Origin: a virus
Taxonomy: Duplodnaviria; Caudoviricetes
DNA length: 61,704 bases
Virus record (IMG/VR): IMGVR_UViG_3300028840_000575
Location: 1 to 61,704 of that record
Direction: 5' to 3' (one strand)
Shown piece after piece: positions 38,650-47,356 of the stretch. The first letter of the stretch is position 1. Each line of letters starts with the position of its first letter. Below the pieces are notes generated by a model, which saw nothing but the letters and a program-made list of their open reading frames with translations, ran no database searches and was not told the origin of the DNA. Position numbers and translations under genes: made by a program.

Positions 38650-39424
38650 TGGATGTGATAAATTGGATTGTTTGGCTCAGTACAAATTGAATGATAATTT
38701 AGGAAATACTCTTGTCGTAGATAGTCAAGGATTTTCTAATGGGACTGCAACAGATAACACATCTGATTTGCATGTAGATGGAGTATTGAATGGAGCATTC
38801 CATTTCGATGGATCACAAGGTATAAATTGTAACAGCTATTTCCATGAAGCATTTAATGATTCATGCTCTATAAGTCTATGGATTAAACCGGATGATGGAT
38901 TACCTGCTTCATCAAATGGAATATTTGGTGGAGGGGCATTGACAGAATATATTGCTCTAACTTTGTATAATAATGGTGGTACAAGTAGATTAGCTTTTGG
39001 ATATAGATCACAAGGAAATTCTGTTGCATTCAATGCTGATGGACTATTTACAGATGGCCAACAAGATTGGAAACATATAATAATTACATTGGAACAAGTG
39101 ACAGATACACAGGTCACGGCTAAATTATATGCTGATAATGTTCTTCATACGTCTGTTGGTCCTGTGACCTGTGTTATGTCAGACTATAATCAGACCTCTA
39201 GAAAGTTTGCTATTGGAGCCAATCAAATATTCCTTGCTACTTATTTCAAAGGATCTATTGATAACTTTATGATTTTCAATGGTATACTTACAGAATATGA
39301 AAGAGAATGGTTATACAATGATGGATTGGGGACAGAAGTTATATTAACTCCTGGCCACAATACTCTTGTTCTTAATCCTTATTTTGATGAAGAAGATGAA
39401 AATTTTAAATTGATTGGATTTTAA
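38606..39424 (+). CDS. LamG / concanavalin A-like domain protein (start may be TTG 38663)
   Basis: YKLND..G....DSQG, GAFHFDG, SISLWIK, WKHI, FKGSIDNFMIFN. Confidence 0.8.
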   Translation: MSMRWLILVLYLFCNGCDKLDCLAQYKLNDNLGNTLVVDSQGFSNGTATDNTSDLHVDGVLNGAFHFDGSQGINCNSYFHEAFNDSCSISLWIKPDDGLPASSNGIFGGGALTEYIALTLYNNGGTSRLAFGYRSQGNSVAFNADGLFTDGQQDWKHIIITLEQVTDTQVTAKLYADNVLHTSVGPVTCVMSDYNQTSRKFAIGANQIFLATYFKGSIDNFMIFNGILTEYEREWLYNDGLGTEVILTPGHNTLVLNPYFDEEDENFKLIGF

Positions 39425-40197
39425 TGCTAGTCTTAATTGCAAGATATTGGAATGAAATTGAATGGATCAATACTTCCCTGGAATATATATTCCAATGGAA
39501 TCCAGACAAGGTTATTATATCTGAAGGTAATTGGTCTTCGCATCCTGCGTTTAAAGGCAGAGAACATTCCACAGATGGTACAAGAGAAATTCTACAACAA
39601 TTTGCGAAAGCTAATAAAGATAGAGTACAACTTATAAATGGCGAAAGGGTATCAAAAGATTATAGAACTAATCAGGCTGCAACCTGCAGGAAAGCTCTAG
39701 AATTATCTGGTGCTAAGCCTGGAGATTGGTTTATAACGATTGATTGTGATAGTTTTATAAGTCAAGAATCAATAGACACCATAAAGATACTTATGAAAAT
39801 ATCCGGTGCATATTATTTTCCATATTTAATAAACCATTTTATGTGGGATTTAGAAACATGCGTAACATTAAGAGATATTCATGGCAACTTGCTTCCTCGT
39901 AAAATACATTCGGATGGCGATTTTAAAAATGCTAATCATTATGGTATAGGAAAAAATTACTACACTGGAAATCCAGAAATACACAGTTTAACCTTGGATG
40001 ATTATAATATTCAAGGATATCATTATTCCGGAATTAAAAATAAAGATCGCATTGAAGAACGTTATCTTCTAGGTGATAAACTGAAATCTAGACCAGAAAA
40101 AAGAGGCTACGATAAGAAGCGAAAGCCATTCACAGGTCAACATCCTGCGATTGTTCAGGATAAATTATTTGGAGACAAATCCCATGTTGCATCTTAA
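39424..40197 (+). CDS. GT-A (GT2-like) glycosyltransferase in the head module
   Basis: WNE..WI, ISEG, STDGT, WFITIDCD (DxD), HYS, HP. Confidence 0.75.
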   Translation: MLVLIARYWNEIEWINTSLEYIFQWNPDKVIISEGNWSSHPAFKGREHSTDGTREILQQFAKANKDRVQLINGERVSKDYRTNQAATCRKALELSGAKPGDWFITIDCDSFISQESIDTIKILMKISGAYYFPYLINHFMWDLETCVTLRDIHGNLLPRKIHSDGDFKNANHYGIGKNYYTGNPEIHSLTLDDYNIQGYHYSGIKNKDRIEERYLLGDKLKSRPEKRGYDKKRKPFTGQHPAIVQDKLFGDKSHVAS

Positions 40198-41488
40198 TGA
40201 AATTAAATCTGCTGAAACTATTACTGATCCAGAACAGATTGCTGCTTTATTAGAATCTGCTGATCTTAATAAGAAAAATTCAGATCCTCTAAAGGATCAG
40301 ATGCCAGATACAACATATGAAAGAACTGATAAAGGTCTTAAAGTAACTAAGCATCTTTCGGGACAATCTATTCTTCAAGTAAGAGGAGTACCTTCATCAG
40401 ATGAAGTAAGAAAACTTGCAGAGTCTAAAGGTATTCCTTGGAAAGATGAGTATATGTCTCGTCTAATACCTTATTGGGCCAGTGATGAACGCGTAGATCG
40501 ACATGGCGATATTGTTAAACAAAATTGGTCTTTTGAGGATTTCGAAAAGAACAATATCATGTTGTATTCTCACAGTTGGGACTTGCCTCCAATTGGTGCT
40601 GTTTTAGATTGGTCTGTCAGTTCAAGAAATGATAAAGATTATTCTGGGAAAGCTCTATATCTGTTAACTTTATTCGCAACTAAAGAACAATGGGATTGGG
40701 CAGATACCATCTTCCGTTTGGTATCTGGAGGATTTTTAAAGAGTGGATCAGTAGGATTTTACCCGGGGACTATTATAGATGTCAAGGATGAAGAAGAAAG
40801 AGAGCAACTTGGACTTGGGAGATGGGGATATATTCTGGACAATAATTCTCTTATTGAATGGTCTCCTACAAGTGTACCTGCGAATACTGGAGCTCATGTT
40901 GTTCTTAATTCAATGAAAGAAAATAATCTATTGAAATTTGAGGATGCCCCAGTTATCCGTGAATTGGAACGTCAGCAATTGCAAAGAGGTGAAGGTGATA
41001 TTGAGGCATGGAAGCAGATTGATGCAACAATTTGTAGAATGTGGAAAGATTTATTTGATAAGGATCTTCCTGAACATAATGAGTTAGATGAGCCGTTCAT
41101 TGAAGCTGAAAAAACAGCTACTGAAGAACAAGAAGAATCTGAAACAATTTCTGATGTTGATCCTGATCCTGAGGAAGAAAATGAAAAAACATTAGAGGAT
41201 GTAAGTATCAGTGTTGAAGAGTGCAAAGAAATGTTATTATCTATAAAGAAGTCTACTGAAGCATTTTCAAATGCTTTAGATGAACTGAAAAATGAATTTT
41301 CCACTTTCTCAGAGGACATGACAAATAATATTGAAATTATTTTAGAAAGTGGTACAAATAGCGGAAAGGAAACAAATGTACCAAATGAAGAACAAAATTT
41401 AGACGAAGATAAGAAAGAAGCTCTGTTAAATATTTTAAATGTTATTAACAATTTCAACGATTCTTTTAAGGAGAATAAAAATGGCTGA
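40184..41488 (+). CDS. HK97-type prohead protease with acidic C-terminal extension
   Basis: ASDERVDRHGD, LYSH..PIG, SVGF, EWSPTSVPAN. Confidence 0.85.
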   Translation: MLHLNEIKSAETITDPEQIAALLESADLNKKNSDPLKDQMPDTTYERTDKGLKVTKHLSGQSILQVRGVPSSDEVRKLAESKGIPWKDEYMSRLIPYWASDERVDRHGDIVKQNWSFEDFEKNNIMLYSHSWDLPPIGAVLDWSVSSRNDKDYSGKALYLLTLFATKEQWDWADTIFRLVSGGFLKSGSVGFYPGTIIDVKDEEEREQLGLGRWGYILDNNSLIEWSPTSVPANTGAHVVLNSMKENNLLKFEDAPVIRELERQQLQRGEGDIEAWKQIDATICRMWKDLFDKDLPEHNELDEPFIEAEKTATEEQEESETISDVDPDPEEENEKTLEDVSISVEECKEMLLSIKKSTEAFSNALDELKNEFSTFSEDMTNNIEIILESGTNSGKETNVPNEEQNLDEDKKEALLNILNVINNFNDSFKENKNG

Positions 41489-42884
41489 AAATGCCCCTAC
41501 AGAAAAAGATGTCGCACAACAGATTTTGAATAGTGTTGGTGGCATGGAAAAAAGCGTCACTCAGGTGGTAGAGGATTTAAAAGCTCTACAGACCAAAGTT
41601 GATGGACTTGAAGGTCTCGATCTTGATACTTTCAAAAGTGAATTTGAGAAACTTCGTGCATCCCACGAAACTGTTATCAAATGCATCAGCAGCAACAAGA
41701 ATGGATTCCATATTCCTGGTCTTGAAGATGAGAAAGAGAAATTCTCATTACTTCGTGCAATGATCGCTGTTAAAACTGGCAACTGGGATAAAGCTGGTTT
41801 TGAAAAGGAAGTATTTGAACAGGCAAGAGCGAAGGCTTCGCATGTGATCGGTATCGATTCACAAGGTGGCTATTTTGTACCTGATCAAGTTATTCCTGAA
41901 GTAATTGCAGCAATCTATGCAAGATCTGTACTTGTTGCTTTGGATGGCGATGGTCAAACTCGTGTTTCTGTACTTGACGGTTTATTTGGTATTCCTGTCA
42001 AGATTCCGAAATTCAAATCTGGTATGATTGCATATTGGATCGGTGAAGAGGATGACTATGTTGAGTCCGCTGTCAAAGTTGGTAATGTGACAATGACTCC
42101 GAAGAAACTCGGTGTTCTTGCACGTATCACCAATGAAATGCAGCGATTCTCAGGTTTCGGATTTGAAACTTTGCTCCGCAATGATTTTATCAAAGCTGCT
42201 GCAAAGAAGATTGACTGGTCTATTCTCTACGGTACTGGGACCGACAATATGCCGAAGGGCTTGTTCAATATGATCAATGCTACTAATCTGGCTCAGTCTG
42301 ATCGCAATGCCTATCCTTCAGTACAGGTTTATAAAGCTGAAAATAGCTCATTGTGGAATGGTTCTGCTATCACTGATAGTGATGGTGGTGAGCTCGATTT
42401 TGATGATCTTATGGAAATGCAGGGTGCTCTGGAAGATATCAGTATCGATCCAGATAACACGTTTGCAACGATTGCTCCGGCACGTTATTTCCGTCGTTTG
42501 AAACAGTTGAAGATTTTGAACTTCACTGGTCAAACTGAAGGTCAGCCATATCTGGTCGGTGTGCCAATGTTAACGGATGCAAAACTCCGTGATCTTATTG
42601 GCGAGTATGCTAAGCATACACAGATGCCAAGCGGTCAGCTTCCTGGTGCATCTCTTAACTGGGCTTCGGACAATGGCAACCTCAAATATGGCGATGTCGC
42701 TATGGGTAATTGGGGTGAAATGCTGTTTGGTCGTTGGTCTGGTGTTGAGATCGAAGATGATGCTGGTAAAGGCAAACATTTTGTAAGTGACGAAACACTT
42801 ATCAAACTTCGCATGTTCTGTGATATTGGTATTCGTCATGAGCAATCTCTTGTCGTATGTCCTGATGCACAAATGAAAGACTAA
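41481..42884 (+). CDS. Major capsid protein, HK97 fold
   Basis: GGYFVP, AYWIGE, KKLG, LYGTG...PKG; N-terminal coiled-coil delta domain; follows the protease. Confidence 0.9.
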   Translation: MAENAPTEKDVAQQILNSVGGMEKSVTQVVEDLKALQTKVDGLEGLDLDTFKSEFEKLRASHETVIKCISSNKNGFHIPGLEDEKEKFSLLRAMIAVKTGNWDKAGFEKEVFEQARAKASHVIGIDSQGGYFVPDQVIPEVIAAIYARSVLVALDGDGQTRVSVLDGLFGIPVKIPKFKSGMIAYWIGEEDDYVESAVKVGNVTMTPKKLGVLARITNEMQRFSGFGFETLLRNDFIKAAAKKIDWSILYGTGTDNMPKGLFNMINATNLAQSDRNAYPSVQVYKAENSSLWNGSAITDSDGGELDFDDLMEMQGALEDISIDPDNTFATIAPARYFRRLKQLKILNFTGQTEGQPYLVGVPMLTDAKLRDLIGEYAKHTQMPSGQLPGASLNWASDNGNLKYGDVAMGNWGEMLFGRWSGVEIEDDAGKGKHFVSDETLIKLRMFCDIGIRHEQSLVVCPDAQMKD

Positions 42885-42971
42885 TGACTTAGTCCCACCT
42901 TAGGATCGAAGTGGGAGAAAACTACTTTATTGTTTCTGAATTAAATGTTACTTTAGTATAGGAGAATTCAA

Positions 42972-43511
42972 ATGAAGAATCTGCCTAATGAACAAAGAGA
43001 AGCAGGTCTTGCATTAAAACCTCAAAATGTTAATACGACCAAAATTCTTGGTGAGACTATTGCTGCACCATGGAAGAAAGGTCGTTTCCTTTTGTTAGAT
43101 ATCATCGCTGCTGCATTTGCTGCATCAGATAGTATCACGATTACTATTCAAGGTCGTATTGCAGGATCCTACCTCACTGCAACTTCTACCACGACCTTAG
43201 AGCCTTACATCTGGGAAGACATCCTAGATAAGGATAGTAATTCTTTAGCATTCACTGCTGAAGCAGATGGTGGTGATCTTGAAAATGGTCACATTACTGG
43301 TACACTTGATCTATGTCGTTTGAGCATCATTGCTCAGGATGGATCAAGCCAGTATGATGCTATTCGTGTCACTGCTATTAATAGCAATGCAGCGAATGTC
43401 GTCGTTGGTGCTGTTTACAGTATCACAGATCTGTATGAAGTTCCAGGCAGCATTACCGATGGTCTGTTGACAAAACAGTCTGATCTCGGTGGTGATGTCT
43501 ATACTTCTTAA
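42972..43511 (+). CDS. Probable capsid decoration/structural protein with TSTTTLEP insert
   Basis: Immediately after the MCP, strong RBS, followed by a terminator. Confidence 0.6.
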   Translation: MKNLPNEQREAGLALKPQNVNTTKILGETIAAPWKKGRFLLLDIIAAAFAASDSITITIQGRIAGSYLTATSTTTLEPYIWEDILDKDSNSLAFTAEADGGDLENGHITGTLDLCRLSIIAQDGSSQYDAIRVTAINSNAANVVVGAVYSITDLYEVPGSITDGLLTKQSDLGGDVYTS

Positions 43512-43537
43512 GGAGTCTTTTCACCTCCTGTTGGATT

Positions 43538-43570
43538 GGGGCTCGCGGACCTTCGGGTCCGCGGGTTTCC
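43538..43570 (+). terminator. Terminator hairpin with cUUCGg loop
   Basis: GGGCTCGCGGACC-TTCG-GGTCCGCGGGTTT. Confidence 0.75.
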
Positions 43571-43720
43571 ATTAAAATAATATGGATAATCATAGAAGAG
43601 ATAATATTGGCGATGAACCTGTTTTTGTTGAGAGTACAACAGAAACTTTCACAGAGGATGTATATGTTCATTTATATGAACCTAAGAATGTATATGTCCA
43701 TCTAAGAAATAGAGAAGTCG

Positions 43721-44077
43721 ATGCAAACTAAACTTAATTTAACTCAAGGATCAGATTCAACTGTAAGGATCCATATATTAGATGAAGCTGATAGTGCTTT
43801 TTCTCTTTCTGATTTTGAATCTGCTAAATTCACAATACGCGATTCAATAGATGGTGATGCGTTGATAGAAAAAACATTTTCTGCTTCAACTACAACGACA
43901 TCTGTTCCAGAGTTACATATAAGAAGCACTTATGTTGAAATCATTATAAATGCTTCTGATACAGAGGATCTTGATTTAGGATCTTATGTATCAGATATAA
44001 CTTTTACAAATGCTAATGGTAAAGAATTTACTACAGACTTATTCTATACACAGATTTGTCCAAAGGTGTCACAATGA
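43721..44077 (+). CDS. Beta-rich (BppU-N/Ig-like) structural protein
   Basis: QGSD, DT..L..GSYV.DI; ASTTTTSVPE insert. Confidence 0.55.
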   Translation: MQTKLNLTQGSDSTVRIHILDEADSAFSLSDFESAKFTIRDSIDGDALIEKTFSASTTTTSVPELHIRSTYVEIIINASDTEDLDLGSYVSDITFTNANGKEFTTDLFYTQICPKVSQ

Positions 44078-44640
44078 TAGATATGGCAAAAGCTCGAGAT
44101 CTTGTTGAATATGGGAATCGTTCGCCCATTGAACTTGAATTGGCTATTAAAGCTTCAATCAATGATTTCAAAAAAGGGACAAGAAAACTTTGGACAAGAC
44201 AAGAAGGTTATACAGAAATTCAATCTTTAGATATTAAAGGTGGGATCAAGTATAATAAACTTTGGTTCAAATTGTTTCCAATTGAAACAATAAGTTTAAT
44301 TGAATGGAATTATGATGAGACGGAATCAGATGCCGAAACAGTGGACTCTGATTATTACAATGTTCTTGCAGAAGAAGGATCTGTAGAACGCAATAGTGGA
44401 TTCTATTATCCATTTGTCAAAGCAACTATAACAGGTGGGTATACCAATGATCAAATCTGGGATGAATTCCCAGATATCGTAGAAGCAATAATATTAGAAA
44501 CAAAATATAAATTAATAAGAGATAGTGATAAGAATATTGCCATCAACAGTGAAGGATTTGAAAAGGGTCAAACAAATTTAAGAAGTTCTGTCCACCATAA
44601 AAGATTTGATGCGGTTGTTAAAAGGTACAGGAGGATCTAA
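44074..44640 (+). CDS. Head-tail adaptor
   Basis: Position; FPIETI, TITGGY..PDIVEAI, C-terminal YRRI. Confidence 0.65.
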   Translation: MIDMAKARDLVEYGNRSPIELELAIKASINDFKKGTRKLWTRQEGYTEIQSLDIKGGIKYNKLWFKLFPIETISLIEWNYDETESDAETVDSDYYNVLAEEGSVERNSGFYYPFVKATITGGYTNDQIWDEFPDIVEAIILETKYKLIRDSDKNIAINSEGFEKGQTNLRSSVHHKRFDAVVKRYRRI

Positions 44641-45320
44641 TGCCTGTTCTAAAAATTCCTCCAAGTACATATAAGGCATTTGATAGTCTTTTCAAAAGAT
44701 TCAGTACAGTTAAAATATATTCTGCACTAGATCGTTTCTTTGATAGGACAGCTTTATGGATGGCTGGACAGATAGTTAAAACTTCTTTAAGTGGAAAGCT
44801 ATTAAATAGAAGGACAGGTCAATTAGCTAATGCACTGACCGGCAGGTCTATTAGAGAAAAAGGAGTACCCGGATTTAAAGTTGGAGTATTTCGTGGTCCT
44901 GCTCTTAGATATGCAGGTGTTATGGAATATGGTACAAGAGGATATAATCCTAAATCCCCTTATTCAACAATTAAGCCTAGAAAAGCAAAAGCACTTGCAA
45001 TGCCTGTTAATGATGCAGTGACAAACGTTGGAGTATCAAGATTTGGTGGTCCTAGAGATTTTGAAAAACAAAAAGGTGAATTGTTTTTTGTACCATTTGA
45101 TAGAGGGTCCGGAGCTATAGGTGGCCTATACACAGAAAAAGAATTACTCCGCGGTGTAGATGATTTCTCATTGGCAAAAGCTTCTTATCTTCTACTATCA
45201 AAAGTGGACATAGAGCCAAGATGGTATTTAAAGAATGGAGTTAGAAGGAGACTTCCAACTGTTGTTAAAAGACTTTCTAAATATCTTGCAGATATACTTT
45301 CCGGGAAGGTGAAAATATGA
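44640..45320 (+). CDS. Neck/tail-completion protein (HK97 gp10-like)
   Basis: RTGQL, YAGVMEYGT, IKPRKAKAL, IEPRWYL. Confidence 0.65.
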   Translation: MPVLKIPPSTYKAFDSLFKRFSTVKIYSALDRFFDRTALWMAGQIVKTSLSGKLLNRRTGQLANALTGRSIREKGVPGFKVGVFRGPALRYAGVMEYGTRGYNPKSPYSTIKPRKAKALAMPVNDAVTNVGVSRFGGPRDFEKQKGELFFVPFDRGSGAIGGLYTEKELLRGVDDFSLAKASYLLLSKVDIEPRWYLKNGVRRRLPTVVKRLSKYLADILSGKVKI

Positions 45321-45739
45321 ACATAGGTAGAAAAGAAGTTATGGACAAGTTCTTAGAACTTTGGGGAGAAGTCCGTAATCAAAAATACGAAGTTCATAGA
45401 GGTGCTGTCAATTGGCCAAATTATGATTTTGATAAACATCCTCTTGCTGTTGCAGTTATGATGGATGAATGTAGTTTTTTAGGCCAAATAAATGAAGGAA
45501 TAGTTTCCTTTGAAATATTTGCAAAGATTACAGATGATAAGAAATTAAATGATGTAGAATTAGAAACTCAATTAAATAATGTAATGAACGTTATACATTT
45601 ATTTAATAAATCAATAAGTAGTATTGATCCAAGAAGAAGTATTGGTGCTGTTTTACCAAAAAGCGAAAAATGTATAGAACATTATGACATATCATTAAAT
45701 GTTCAAGGATTAGTAATTCTGTTCAGTGTTAAATTTTAA
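45317..45739 (+). CDS. Probable tail terminator
   Basis: Size and position before the tail tube gene. Confidence 0.5.
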   Translation: MNIGRKEVMDKFLELWGEVRNQKYEVHRGAVNWPNYDFDKHPLAVAVMMDECSFLGQINEGIVSFEIFAKITDDKKLNDVELETQLNNVMNVIHLFNKSISSIDPRRSIGAVLPKSEKCIEHYDISLNVQGLVILFSVKF

Positions 45740-45750
45740 GGAGAATAAAC

Positions 45751-46569
45751 ATGTCAGTATCCGGATTTCAAGAATTCTGGGTCGTTGGTAGTCGTTTCTA
45801 TTTTGTAAATGATGACGATACCAATAGTGCTCTATTGGATCTGGGCGTTATTCAAGTTGCTTCCCCGTCAATGGAAGTTGAAAAAATTGAACTTGAAGAC
45901 TCAGATGGTGGTATTCGAAGAACTGTTGATGAAGCTGTTACTAAAGTTAGTGAAACTTATGATCTCGTTTGTCACAATTTCAATTTGGACAATCTTGCAT
46001 TACTGTTTCTTGCTGATTCAAATAGTCCAGCGTCATTTACACAGACAACTGATGAGATACAGAATGTAGCTCATACTGCTGTTGTTGGCCCTGGAAAATT
46101 TGTTAAACTTAAAGATGCTAGTGGAAATTGGCTTTACAGTATTGATAGTATTGTAGTCAAGACACAGAATCCTGCAACAACCACTACTCCATCACCTGCT
46201 GTTGAAAATACAGATTGGGAATGGATCAGTGAAGATCGTGGTATTATTAGCATCTTGAGCGGTGGAAGTATTTCGGATGGAGATACAATTTATATTGATA
46301 TCACACCGAATGCCATTACTGGAAATCGTCTGGTCTATCCGCAGACTGGTTCTATTATTAAGGGTAAAGCTATGCTCGTCTGGGGTCGCGATAACAATGC
46401 TGAACAGACTGTTCGTGAAGCAAATGTTACAATCTCTCCAAATGCTGCTAACTTCCAAGTTGAAGACTATAGTGACTTTACTCTTCAAGCTAAAGTCACC
46501 AGCGATGTTACTCAAACCACTGCTCCGGCTGGAAAGCTCTTACAATATAAAGGAACTTTGCCTGCTTAA
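45751..46569 (+). CDS. Major tail (tube) protein
   Basis: Strong RBS, position before chaperones and tape measure, NLALLFL motif; ATTTTPSP insert; no sheath gene. Confidence 0.75.
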   Translation: MSVSGFQEFWVVGSRFYFVNDDDTNSALLDLGVIQVASPSMEVEKIELEDSDGGIRRTVDEAVTKVSETYDLVCHNFNLDNLALLFLADSNSPASFTQTTDEIQNVAHTAVVGPGKFVKLKDASGNWLYSIDSIVVKTQNPATTTTPSPAVENTDWEWISEDRGIISILSGGSISDGDTIYIDITPNAITGNRLVYPQTGSIIKGKAMLVWGRDNNAEQTVREANVTISPNAANFQVEDYSDFTLQAKVTSDVTQTTAPAGKLLQYKGTLPA

Positions 46570-46581
46570 TCTGCATTTCTT

Positions 46582-46625
46582 GTGTATGAGTACAGAGTTG
46601 TTCTCTGTACTCATACACTTTAATT
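46582..46625 (+). terminator. Terminator, perfect 16-bp stem
   Basis: GTGTATGAGTACAGAG-TTGTT-CTCTGTACTCATACAC followed by TTTAATT. Confidence 0.75.
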
Positions 46626-46646
46626 TAATCTTACAAAGGTGAAAAG

Positions 46647-47111
46647 ATGAATACAGATGAATTGAAAATTTTAATCCCAGGTAATAGAATTGAATTTGAC
46701 AATTTTGATGCTGTGGTCTACCCAATAGGCTTCAATCAAATGCGTGAATTCTCAGAAACATTGATCACAGCTTTAAGAATTGCGTTCGATAAAATAGATC
46801 TTGCTGAATTGGATTTAGAAAATGAAGAGGATATGAAAAAAGTTGGAGTCAACCTTATATCTCTTCTGTCTCCTATTGCAGCTAAAGATCTATTAGTCAT
46901 ATTTAAAAATTGTATTGTTATTCGAACAAAACATGGAAAAGTTGTTCCAGATGGTATAGATCAAATTCCTCATTGGAATGTTGCTCCTCTTATTACTGAA
47001 TGGCTTAAATCAAGTTTTTCAGGGGAAGAAAAACTCCGCCCTTGGATAGAGGCAATGAAGGAAGTGTCGGAACAAATAAAGAAAATGGATTTCAATTCCT
47101 TGTTGGGTTGA
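46647..47111 (+). CDS. Tail assembly chaperone (gpG-like)
   Basis: Between tail tube and tape measure genes. Confidence 0.65.
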   Translation: MNTDELKILIPGNRIEFDNFDAVVYPIGFNQMREFSETLITALRIAFDKIDLAELDLENEEDMKKVGVNLISLLSPIAAKDLLVIFKNCIVIRTKHGKVVPDGIDQIPHWNVAPLITEWLKSSFSGEEKLRPWIEAMKEVSEQIKKMDFNSLLG

Positions 47112-47356
47112 ATATCCAATACCTCATTGCCTCAGGACATACATTAGAAAGTATATTTTCTATACAACAAAATAATGTACCTTATTGTGGATGGACACTA
47201 CCACAATATAGATATTGGACTTCTATAGTAATCAAACGTTTAAAGCAAAAACGTAGAGATTTTATAAGTGGTTTAAGCAATGCGATAGATGGAGCCCTTT
47301 CTAAAAAGAATAGAAAAAAGCTTCAACAAGAATTGGATAAATTAGATGCCGAATGA
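47042..47356 (+). CDS. Tail assembly chaperone extension (gpT-like, -1 frame)
   Basis: Overlaps the upstream ORF in the -1 frame, no good start, WTLPQY motif. Confidence 0.6.
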   Translation: MDRGNEGSVGTNKENGFQFLVGLNIQYLIASGHTLESIFSIQQNNVPYCGWTLPQYRYWTSIVIKRLKQKRRDFISGLSNAIDGALSKKNRKKLQQELDKLDAE

